From: Nitrososphaera sp.
GTDB lineage: Archaea; Thermoproteota; Nitrososphaeria; Nitrososphaerales; Nitrososphaeraceae
Reading direction: 5' to 3'
Assembly: GCA_037441265.1 (NCBI GenBank)
Contig: JBBISN010000102.1
Span: forward strand, 7,987 to 39,986
Length of the DNA: 32,000 nucleotides
Position numbers and translations under genes: made by a program. The notes beneath the pieces are model-generated. The model was given only the letters and a program-made list of their open reading frames with translations. It ran no database searches and had not been told where the DNA came from. This document shows positions 9,801 through 16,938 of the stretch, in pieces (the stretch's first letter is position 1; each line of letters starts with the position of its first letter).

Positions 9801-9903
9801 CAGCGCTATACTGGAGGAGAAGTTCGACGCCACGCCCAGCTTCAAGGCGTGCAGAAACTGCCCCTACTGGGACATATGCGACAGCAAGGAGACGGAGGAG
9901 TAG
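6804..9903 (+). pseudogene. UvrD/PcrA-type SF1 helicase fused to a Cas4/AddB-like PD-(D/E)XK 4-Cys nuclease, frameshifted near 9460-9475
   Basis: Helicase motifs AGPGSGKT, VDEFQDNN, GDDDQSIY, QNYRS, TIHQSKGREF and FYVAMTRA are present. Nuclease elements are CPLKF, GTAVHA, then (other frame) IDRIE...VVDFKTG, QMNAYAL, CRNCPYWDIC. ORFs 6774-9575 and 9493-9903 overlap in different frames. Confidence 0.8.
9460..9475 (+). repeat. (GCTG)4 tetranucleotide tract at the frameshift point
   Basis: The sequence is gctggctggctggctg. Removing one 4-nt unit (or 1 nt) joins ...LRWLA to ANPNAPVAVEQPFQIEV... in one frame. Confidence 0.9.
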
Positions 9904-9975
9904 GCAGAATATCACCAGATACACCGCAGCGGGGTTGACAGTATTGTAACGCGTTCCTGAGGCTGGCTCTTCCCG

Positions 9976-10004
9976 GGCGACTCCACATCTGGCGGTGGAG
10001 TCGC
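9976..10004. other. Perfect inverted repeat: 11-bp stem, 7-nt loop
   Basis: Sequence is ggcgactccac-atctggc-gtggagtcgcc. It lies between the helicase-nuclease stop (9903) and the IS110 transposase start. It could be a terminator-like hairpin or an IS end structure. Confidence 0.6.
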
Positions 10005-10016
10005 CATCACCAGAGA

Positions 10017-11126
10017 GTGAGCAAAATGGGTAAGAGGAAGAAAGTAAAATCAAGCCGCATGAACACGATGGTTGCAGCTCTTGACCTGAGCGACACGGAA
10101 GGAGTAACGACTGTACTCTCACCGTACGGAGACGTGACAGACAGCTTTACCATCCGCCTGGACGACCATGGGTTTGCGCAGTTTGCAGGCCGGGTACCAA
10201 AGGACGCGAAGGTAGCTTTCGAAGCAACAGGCATGGCGTACCCTGTTCACAGGGCACTTGCGTCCTACGGCTACGACGTGACAGTGGTGCACCCAAAGGA
10301 GCTTGCCTGGATTGTAAAGAGCAAGAAGAAGAACGACAAGGCCGACAGCCTGAAGATAGCCAAACTCCATATGTCAGGGATGCTCCCTGAATCACACCTG
10401 TTGGACCCAGAAGAGCAGGTGAAAAGGGACCTCCTGGTACAGCGGGTGAAGATCGGTAATGAAATTGGCAGGCTGAAGAACAGCATAATCTCCTACCTGA
10501 AGAGGGAGGGCATATACCACAAACTCCCTCCAAGTACTGACAACTTTTCTGACAGGAGAAGAAAGGCCATCTCCTCACTAAAGTTCAACGATGACCGGGA
10601 CCTTGTACTCCGCACGATGACAGACAGGCTAGACTTTCTGGAGAGACAGTGCGATGCCATAGAAGACAGGATAAAGCAGTACGCCTTCAAGAGCGATGAC
10701 GTCAGGCTGCTCATGACCATCGGCGGCGTTGACTACTACCTGGCATCCCTGCTGTCTTCGTACATAGGCGACGTCAACAGGTTCCCTTCAGACGACCACC
10801 TGGCCAGCTACTTTGGCATAGTGCCTTCAAACAGGGACAGCGGCAGCACTGTAAGGAGGGGCAGGATGGCAAAGGAAGGCCCCGCGGCTGCAAGGTGGGC
10901 GCTATCCATAATGGTGGACACGGTTATCAGGCAGAACAAGCCTATCAGGGAGTACTACCAGTCTGTCAAAGTGAGGACGGGCTCAGGGAGTATGGCCCAC
11001 GTATCCACCGGAAGAAAGCTTCTCAGGATGCTCCACCATATGCTAAAGACGAGACAGCACTGGAAGTGGGAGAACCCAAAACTCAGCGAGAAAAAGATTG
11101 CAAGGCTTGGAGGTGACACCGACTAG
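10017..11126 (+). CDS. IS110-family (DEDD) transposase/recombinase
   Basis: Motifs VAALDLSD, AFEATGMAY and KKNDKADSLKIAKL, plus C-terminal LMTIGGVDYYLASLLSSYIGDVNRFPSDDHLASYFGIVPSNRDSG typical of IS110/IS1111. The start may be GTG 10017 or ATG 10026. Confidence 0.8.
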   Translation: MSKMGKRKKVKSSRMNTMVAALDLSDTEGVTTVLSPYGDVTDSFTIRLDDHGFAQFAGRVPKDAKVAFEATGMAYPVHRALASYGYDVTVVHPKELAWIVKSKKKNDKADSLKIAKLHMSGMLPESHLLDPEEQVKRDLLVQRVKIGNEIGRLKNSIISYLKREGIYHKLPPSTDNFSDRRRKAISSLKFNDDRDLVLRTMTDRLDFLERQCDAIEDRIKQYAFKSDDVRLLMTIGGVDYYLASLLSSYIGDVNRFPSDDHLASYFGIVPSNRDSGSTVRRGRMAKEGPAAARWALSIMVDTVIRQNKPIREYYQSVKVRTGSGSMAHVSTGRKLLRMLHHMLKTRQHWKWENPKLSEKKIARLGGDTD

Positions 11127-11395
11127 GCTCAGGACATACCGGGACTGGGCAGCGGGCTGAACCACTTTGTGCAACATGAGCCTTCGAGCTCTTGGTTTTG
11201 AGTGTGGAGGCCTGCCTCCGCAAAACTATCAGAGTGCACCATCGAGTGCTTACGGGTGTGTGCGGAAAAGGCATGGCCAAGGTCTGCTGTTACCCCGGGT
11301 CCAAAGGAGCGTAGTCGTTATAAACAGGGAGGTGCTGAATAGAAGGGAAGCGCCAGCCCACGCGTTACACGGGTGCCTAGTTAGCGAATTCGTCC

Positions 11396-11860
11396 CTAAT
11401 AACAAGCAGGATTAAGCAATTCAGTATCACCAAATCCGCAATGAAATGCAAGCGTCACCCATAGCACAATTCCCATAACTATTATGACTATCTGAGATAT
11501 TACAGCGAAATGACGATCGAAGAACCCCTGTTCCTTAGAATCACGGGCAATAGATTTTTCTTTATCTTCTTGTGTAAACCACGGCGGGAATATCCTTTCT
11601 TCAATTGATATGCGTTTACGCACGTATTCAATTTCCCTAATATTTTGCGCCCAATGTGGGAACATAGCCCAGATACCATAAATGACGATCACATATGCAA
11701 CGCACAAAGCAATCCAAGCCGGCGACACAATGACCGTATTCCCAAACATTGTGAGAATCGAAAATGCACCAAATGCAAGCGAAACTACCAACCCTGAAGC
11801 TTCCATCCTTCCTTGCGTCAGTAGATTTAGCCGATCTCGAAGTGAGTTGATATCCGCCAC
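11396..11860 (-). CDS. Small membrane protein (about 3 TM), unknown function
   Basis: Hydrophobic helices GLVVSLAFGAFSILTMF, WIALCVAYVIVIYGIWAMF and VISQIVIIVMGIVLWVTLAF. The gene is low in G+C and sits between the two IS elements. Confidence 0.5.
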   Translation of the reverse strand: MADINSLRDRLNLLTQGRMEASGLVVSLAFGAFSILTMFGNTVIVSPAWIALCVAYVIVIYGIWAMFPHWAQNIREIEYVRKRISIEERIFPPWFTQEDKEKSIARDSKEQGFFDRHFAVISQIVIIVMGIVLWVTLAFHCGFGDTELLNPACY

Positions 11861-11885
11861 ATAAGCGGGAACAATGGGGAATTAT

Positions 11886-11903
11886 ATCTGAACTTTGGCA
11901 AAT
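11886..11903. repeat. Left terminal inverted repeat of the IS701-like element
   Basis: 17/18 match to the reverse complement of 13376-13393. Confidence 0.8.
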
Positions 11904-11973
11904 TTCATTTCACCACCATGTAAACAGCCCATTACTGCAACCCAATTAGCTTTGAACCTCCTTCCGCTGTCCC

Positions 11974-13197
11974 ATGATACCAATAGCAGGATTCCCGTCA
12001 GCCGTAAGTTCAGCGCTGCCGCTATTTGGCACGGTCTTTAACAGGCCGCAGCTGAGAAACTTTGCCACCTACGTCACCGGGCTCATGGTATCGCCAAACC
12101 GCACCGTATCGTACATGAACAGCCTGTTCTTTGCCCACCGCGACCAGAGCGCGCTGAACCACTTTATCACCGACTCTGGCTGGAGCGACGAGGAGCTGGA
12201 CAAAAAGCGGTACGAGCTCATACAGGAAGGGCTCAGCCGCGAAGATGGCGACGGCGTGCTGTCAATAGACGACACGCTGAACCACAAGACCGGAAAGCAC
12301 ATGGACCTTGCAGGCACGTTCTTTGACCATACGGAGGGCACGTACACGCTGGCACACGACCTGGTGACCTCGCACATAACCAGAGGACACAAGTCTCTGC
12401 CGCTTGACTTTGAGGTATACGCCAAGGAAGGCCAGGTACCGGACGGCGAGTTCCGGGACAAGAACACGATTGCACGCGACCTGATATCCAGAGCCAGCGC
12501 AAAAGGCGTGCCGTTCAGCTGTGTCACCGCCGACTCGTGGTTCTTCAACAGAGAGACCGTGTCTCTGGTACAGTCCCTCAAGAAGGACTGGGTGTTTGGC
12601 TGCAAGAGCAACAGGACTGCAATCCTCCCACGCGGGCCCACAAGCCTGTCTGAATGGGCAAAGACGATACCGAAGGAAAAGTTCATGCCAGTAAATGTAC
12701 GCTACAAGCGGGAGAAACGGACCTTCTACTGCTACTGCAAGAACGTCGTCCTGAAGAACCTGGGGGAGGTAAAGGTGCTTGTGTCTTACAAAAAGCCTGA
12801 CCTGAGCGGTGACCCTGTCTTTCTGTGTACCAACCGTCTGGACTGGGGTCCGGCCATGATTGCAGGGACGTACGCAAAGAGGTGGCGCATTGACGCTTTC
12901 TACCGCGATGCCAAGCAGAGCCTGGGACTTGGGGATTATGAGCTGCGCAAGATCAAAGGTGTCAACCGGCACATAACCATGGTCTTCATAGCCCACGCCC
13001 TACTGGAACTGGGCTCGGGACTATCAAAGCATGGCACCGAGGCTGTACAGGCTGGGGCCTGTCTTGACACCATAGGCTCGAAATGCCGCCACGCGTACAC
13101 CGAAGTCCTGACCTCATTTGTCGACCTGGTGCTGAAGATAGGGGAGAAGGTACGCGGCAGCGATGCTGTAGCGGCAAAGATTAGACCTTTTGCGTAA
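11974..13197 (+). CDS. IS701/IS4-family DDE transposase
   Basis: N-terminus FNRPQLRNFATYVTGLM...SALNHFITDSGWSDEEL is typical of IS701. Also LSIDDT and VTADSWF. The C-terminal signature reads YAKRWRIDAFYRDAK, i.e. Y-2-R-3-D-6-K instead of the usual Y-2-R-3-E-6-K. Confidence 0.75.
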   Translation: MIPIAGFPSAVSSALPLFGTVFNRPQLRNFATYVTGLMVSPNRTVSYMNSLFFAHRDQSALNHFITDSGWSDEELDKKRYELIQEGLSREDGDGVLSIDDTLNHKTGKHMDLAGTFFDHTEGTYTLAHDLVTSHITRGHKSLPLDFEVYAKEGQVPDGEFRDKNTIARDLISRASAKGVPFSCVTADSWFFNRETVSLVQSLKKDWVFGCKSNRTAILPRGPTSLSEWAKTIPKEKFMPVNVRYKREKRTFYCYCKNVVLKNLGEVKVLVSYKKPDLSGDPVFLCTNRLDWGPAMIAGTYAKRWRIDAFYRDAKQSLGLGDYELRKIKGVNRHITMVFIAHALLELGSGLSKHGTEAVQAGACLDTIGSKCRHAYTEVLTSFVDLVLKIGEKVRGSDAVAAKIRPFA

Positions 13198-13375
13198 TTA
13201 TAGGCTGTGTCGTATTTCGTCATTATATGACGTATTGATGACGTTATACGCAAAGCGTCTCGCTCAGTGATGTGCGATATTTGGCTATAACATGCTCATT
13301 TTATCTATCTTCACAATTACGCAAGAGGTCTATTGTGTCGATTGCCACTGCACCAAGGGTCATGCTGCCTGAGGG

Positions 13376-13393
13376 ATTTGCCAAAGTTTAGAT
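13376..13393. repeat. Right terminal inverted repeat of the IS701-like element
   Basis: 17/18 match to the reverse complement of 11886-11903. Confidence 0.8.
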
Positions 13394-13411
13394 AAGAATA
13401 TTTTCTAGCAG

Positions 13412-13984
13412 TCAATCCAATGCCAGCGTTCCACCCGATTTGACTATCTTTACGTTATTATGCCATTTCTTATGGAACTTCTCTTTTTCTGTGTGGATAG
13501 GAATAAGCTTCTTCGCATTGGTATTCTCTACCACCTGCTTAATTTGAGTCCCGTCTCCATGTCCCGAAACATAAGAGCGTGTCAGCTGCTTTTCCTTCTG
13601 AATAAGGCCAAAATGAACAAGCCAGTTGATTACCCTCTCTTCGCTCAGCTCCATTTCGTCATCAAACGGCTCGGTGGTGGAGCGAATGTACTGTGAACCC
13701 GGCTCTGGCCTCACGTCTATCAGTTCCTTCAATTGGAAGTCGTTGCAGGAAAAGACCAATTCTTTCTGATGTGTGGATACGTACTGGTAGTCGGTTCTGT
13801 TGTTGTATTCAAGAAATTCCCTTTCCCAACTGTAATAATCGCCTTCTAGGAGTTCTTTAGTCCAGATGGCAGGGTCTCTTCCAAGCACACCCCATTTCTT
13901 TCTTGGAATGTAAACACGAATATGCTTGTCATCAGGTTTAGGGTAGGTGTTTCTCAGTTCGGTAGCGCATAGTAATAAACCCAA
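13412..13984 (-). pseudogene. C-terminal fragment of an MBL-fold/beta-CASP-like hydrolase (N-terminal HxHxDH domain missing)
   Basis: The C-terminal VSGHGDGTQIKQVV...KKLIPIHTE resembles beta-CASP motifs B and C. The ORF has only a TTG-type start, and no metallo-beta-lactamase N-terminal motifs lie upstream. Confidence 0.4.
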
Positions 13985-14080
13985 AGTTCAATTAATTTTG
14001 GTTTATTTATGGCAGTTTCAGACTGCGGCCAGATTGTCTAATGGCCCTTCCCCTCATCCTCCAGCATGGCTGGCCACAGC

Positions 14081-14455
14081 CTAGAGCAAGTCCTCCAGCT
14101 CTTTTTTCGCTACCCGTGCTGTTTTTCTGACCGCGCTTAATTTGAGTCGCATCTCGGCCGCGTGGGATTCGGCTTCGTCCGCCCTTCGTAGCCACCACTC
14201 CCTTTCCATAGAGTCTTCCATCATACGGGCTATATCCCTGCAACTCGCGGCCCGTCGCTCTTCAACCTCTATGAGCTGTTGATACTTGAAAGGGAGCGTC
14301 ACAGCGTGGAATTCCAGTACTTCTCCATAGGTGGAGTTTCCGTCAATCATCCAGTCTGGTTTTTTCTTCAGTTTTTCCTCGAACATCTCCCATCCGGCCT
14401 CCATGTCTGCGGCTATCCTGTCCATGTTCTCCGTGGTGATTTTCCAGTCAGCCAT
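14081..14455 (-). CDS. Hypothetical protein (helical, acidic N-terminal half)
   Basis: 124-aa ORF overlapping the upstream HTH gene by 8 nt, which suggests an operon. Confidence 0.45.
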   Translation of the reverse strand: MADWKITTENMDRIAADMEAGWEMFEEKLKKKPDWMIDGNSTYGEVLEFHAVTLPFKYQQLIEVEERRAASCRDIARMMEDSMEREWWLRRADEAESHAAEMRLKLSAVRKTARVAKKELEDLL

Positions 14456-15053
14456 CCCGGTTCCTCTCCTTCCGTATCATTTCGTCGAGCATCTTTCGGG
14501 ATTCTCTGGGTAGCCGTATCTTCTCAAAGACGCTTGTGTACCGATACTTCCAGTCCTCGTTTTCTGCCATCCGGTTGACGTATTTTATGACCTGTTCCCA
14601 GAACTGGACGTAATCATACTTTAGCTTCTCCATCATTGATGCGAGGCGGAAATCCATGTCTGCAAGTTGCTTTTCTATCACGATCTTCTGGTCCATGTCT
14701 CCTGCTTCCGCAAGATAAGATAGCAGGCGGGAGTGCTGGGTTTCAAGTCTGACAAACTGCTTGCTCAGGTATCCTTCCCATTCAGGACCTTCCAGTTTGT
14801 CGCTCATTTCCTTGTACAGCCACTTTATGTCGTCGTTGATGGTGTTACGGTTTACCTGCATCATGTCGGCTATCTTGATGGCCGGGATGCCCTGTTCAAA
14901 GTGGAGGCGGAATACCTCCTGCCGCCTCTTTCGTCGCTGACCTCTGGAACATGGGCCTCCGGATTTCTGCCTAGTTGTGACTAGTTTTGAGCGTTTGTTC
15001 TCTTCGATGAACGACTGGTCGACGTGTATGGGGTTTGTGTCAGGGCTTGACAT
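14448..15053 (-). CDS. HTH-domain regulatory protein; start reassigned to ATG 15053
   Basis: RRKRRQEVFRLHFEQGIPAIKIADMMQVNRNTINDDIKWL is HTH-like. The 50-aa N-terminal extension in the ORF track (to 15203) is a translation of DNA repeats (MSVLNV / MSVLSV) and is probably non-coding. Confidence 0.55.
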   Translation of the reverse strand: MSSPDTNPIHVDQSFIEENKRSKLVTTRQKSGGPCSRGQRRKRRQEVFRLHFEQGIPAIKIADMMQVNRNTINDDIKWLYKEMSDKLEGPEWEGYLSKQFVRLETQHSRLLSYLAEAGDMDQKIVIEKQLADMDFRLASMMEKLKYDYVQFWEQVIKYVNRMAENEDWKYRYTSVFEKIRLPRESRKMLDEMIRKERNRDG

Positions 15054-15353
15054 GCCCGCCTCCCACTGAATCTGACATAAAGTCACGCTCAGAACTGACA
15101 TAAAATTTCTGGCAAATGGTGACAAGGGAAAGTTTGCCAATATGGCAAATGCACTTCTTTGACCGAGGAATTTCTGACATGGATTTACGTTCAGAACTGA
15201 CATGAATCTGGTCGTTTACAATTCCACAAGTAGACATTCTCGGTTTCACAAATAATTGACAGATATCCACGTTCAAATTGACGAATAGGTGCCGGAAATA
15301 CCGGTTGCAGCGGATCCACCTCCTTGTATCAAGTCCACGCTCAGAATGATACA
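15046..15353 (+). repeat. Iteron-like array of TGACA-containing repeats (two units of about 45 bp plus degenerate copies) and a 7-3-7 palindrome
   Basis: CTGACAT occurs at 15072, 15095, 15174 and 15197, as pairs 23 bp apart with units offset by 102 bp. cacgctcagaactgacat (15084-15101) matches tacgttcagaactgacat (15186-15203) at 16/18. Degenerate copies lie at 15268-15283 and 15337-15353. The palindrome tttgcca-ata-tggcaaa is at 15133-15149. Confidence 0.75.
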
Positions 15354-15360
15354 ATTTGTA

Positions 15361-16314
15361 TCAAGGCTCCTCCTGACTGGTCACAGGTAACGGGTCTTTT
15401 CCTTGCTCTACTAGAGAGGTTTGTCCTTCTATTAAGGAGGGAAAAGAGGCTCTACCTGTGACCTCTTTCAACTTCAAGCCATTCAAGACGCGCTTTCTGC
15501 CCCTTCCTTTGCCAAGCTGACGTTCCGTATACCCTAGCGCCGAGAGCTCCTTACCAAGCCATACTTCGTTGAGGGGAGCAATGTTACGGGTTTTGCAGAA
15601 CCTGATATAGTTTGCATGGGCCTCTTGCTTGGTGACGCATGCGTCCGGCTCGTCATCATCGACCTCCTCACAGCATTCCTCCGTCCACAGCTTGACAGGG
15701 TTTGACATCCTGTCGTACTCGGCCCTTATTTCGTCCGTCGGCTGCTCCCTGCAGAAGCGCTCCCTTTTCAGGAGCCGGTGCGCCGATATGATGACAAGGT
15801 TCAGTAGGCCTGAAAGGTTCTCCGGCGTGGCCAGCTTGTCGAGTATCTTGCGGTCTCTGGTCCTCTGGGTGCCGGTGAAGTAGTCAGTTTCTCTCCAGGC
15901 GCACTTGATCAGAATCCAGCGCCGGTAAAAACTGTCGTCGACATTGAGGGGCGGCTTGGGCGGGATGTTGCAGGAGTAGGTCAGCTTTGCCGTCGGCCGG
16001 AACTTGAACATCTGCAGGCCCTTCTTTTCAGCCTCCGGCGCATCTTTGTCAAGCAGGAGATTGTTTACCTTGTCCTTGCCGTTTCCAAGTTCGAGTACGG
16101 CCCGGTTGATTATGGTCTGGACATGACGCTCGTCGATTATATCAACTTCGTATTCACTCGCGTACGCGGTAATCCGCGAAAGCAGGTCGCCGACCTTCCA
16201 TTCATGCGACAAGGGGATGGGCTTTTCCGGATCTGCGTTCAGGTAGCAGTTGCCATCTCTGATTTTGATGAGTCGAAGAACAGGCCTGTGGGTTTCCATG
16301 CCAGTCGCGGTCAC
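15361..16314 (-). CDS. P4/D5-family primase-helicase C-terminal-domain protein (SF3 helicase-like); Walker A/B not recognisable
   Basis: FKFRPTAKLTYSCNIPPKP...FYRRWILIKC...ENLSGLLNLVIISAHRLL...IRAEYDRMSNPVKLWTEECC...ANYIRFCKTRNI...LGKELSALGY is collinear with the phage/plasmid primase P4 C-terminal domain. Only a GNGKD remnant sits where GxGxNGKS is expected. Confidence 0.55.
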   Translation of the reverse strand: MTATGMETHRPVLRLIKIRDGNCYLNADPEKPIPLSHEWKVGDLLSRITAYASEYEVDIIDERHVQTIINRAVLELGNGKDKVNNLLLDKDAPEAEKKGLQMFKFRPTAKLTYSCNIPPKPPLNVDDSFYRRWILIKCAWRETDYFTGTQRTRDRKILDKLATPENLSGLLNLVIISAHRLLKRERFCREQPTDEIRAEYDRMSNPVKLWTEECCEEVDDDEPDACVTKQEAHANYIRFCKTRNIAPLNEVWLGKELSALGYTERQLGKGRGRKRVLNGLKLKEVTGRASFPSLIEGQTSLVEQGKDPLPVTSQEEP

Positions 16315-16574
16315 GGCCGTACCTCCCTTACCAGCTTCAGCCGGACAGTTGTCAAGTGATTATTGACTCCAGCGACATATGCCTCGGCTTGCTCCAACCA
16401 AAGGTGCTCAGACTCGGTGGCATCTAGCTTTGAGCGATAACAGCGATGTGGCAATCCATCAGGGCCTAAAGGTTTCAACGTCCCGTTTCGAGCACGGACC
16501 CTTGGATCCTGAACAATCGATGCTCCACAGTCACGACATCGCTCGGAAGGCCTGTCAGAATGTTCTCCCACCAT
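16311..16574 (-). CDS. Small zinc-ribbon protein
   Basis: CRDCGASIV...x...HRC. It overlaps the downstream helicase-like gene by 4 nt. Confidence 0.45.
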   Translation of the reverse strand: MVGEHSDRPSERCRDCGASIVQDPRVRARNGTLKPLGPDGLPHRCYRSKLDATESEHLWLEQAEAYVAGVNNHLTTVRLKLVREVRP

Positions 16575-16722
16575 TGGGTCTAGCCTCCGAGTGGGGCTTT
16601 CTCGTGCCGTGGATCTCTACAAATGAGCCACTTTCCAATGATCGATGCATCATATTCCCTAGGGCATTCGTCTGGAGTTTTAGTAAGGCACCTGTAAATG
16701 AACTCCCGAATTAGTTGTTGGG

Positions 16723-16878
16723 TCAAGAACGCGTGTTAACCTCCTCCGTTACCTGCGTATATGTGCGCTGTATCAGCCTGAGCAAAAATCGACTGCGCGG
16801 GATGTCCCCTCTATCGTGGTCAATTTTTTCAACTAGCTGCTTTGGCAGCGTTATTGATAGCCCTATCGTTTCAGGCAT
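16723..16878 (-). CDS. Ribbon-helix-helix (CopG/MetJ-like) DNA-binding protein; start reassigned to internal ATG
   Basis: IGLSITLPKQLVEKIDHDRGDIPRSRFLLRLIQ fits the RHH beta-strand plus two helices. The first 14 codons of the listed ORF are hydrophobic and probably untranslated. Confidence 0.5.
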   Translation of the reverse strand: MPETIGLSITLPKQLVEKIDHDRGDIPRSRFLLRLIQRTYTQVTEEVNTRS

Positions 16879-16938
16879 TGCAAGTATAGGTAGTATGGAT
16901 AACATTAATAAGGATACCATGACTAGGTATCTTAGTAA

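Larger units (their letters stand above)
9904..11395 (+). mobile_element. IS110-family insertion sequence (exact ends not resolved)
   Basis: It contains a DEDD-type transposase ORF with 113 nt of upstream and 269 nt of downstream non-coding sequence. No terminal inverted repeats were seen, as is usual for this family. Confidence 0.5.
11886..13393 (+). mobile_element. IS701/IS4-like insertion sequence, 1508 bp, bounded by 18-bp imperfect terminal inverted repeats
   Basis: The left end atctgaactttggcaaat (11886-11903) matches the reverse complement of the right end atttgccaaagtttagat (13376-13393) at 17/18 positions. A single DDE transposase ORF lies inside. Confidence 0.8.

Noticed and set aside
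12069-12996. Minus-strand ORFs of 205 and 244 aa inside the IS701-like transposase gene
   Set aside because: They are antisense shadows, and the plus frame has the IS701 N-terminal and DDE-region motifs.
11876-13401. Possible GAAT or AAT target-site duplication flanking the IS701-like element
   Set aside because: The candidate repeats are not equidistant from the TIR ends and are too short and AT-rich to distinguish from chance.
15054-15203. N-terminal 50 codons of ORF 14448-15203
   Set aside because: The peptide repeats MSVLNV and MSVLSV are direct translations of the CTGACAT/TCAGAACTGACAT DNA repeats. ATG 15053 (MSSPDT...) is the more plausible start. I treat the region as regulatory or iteron DNA.
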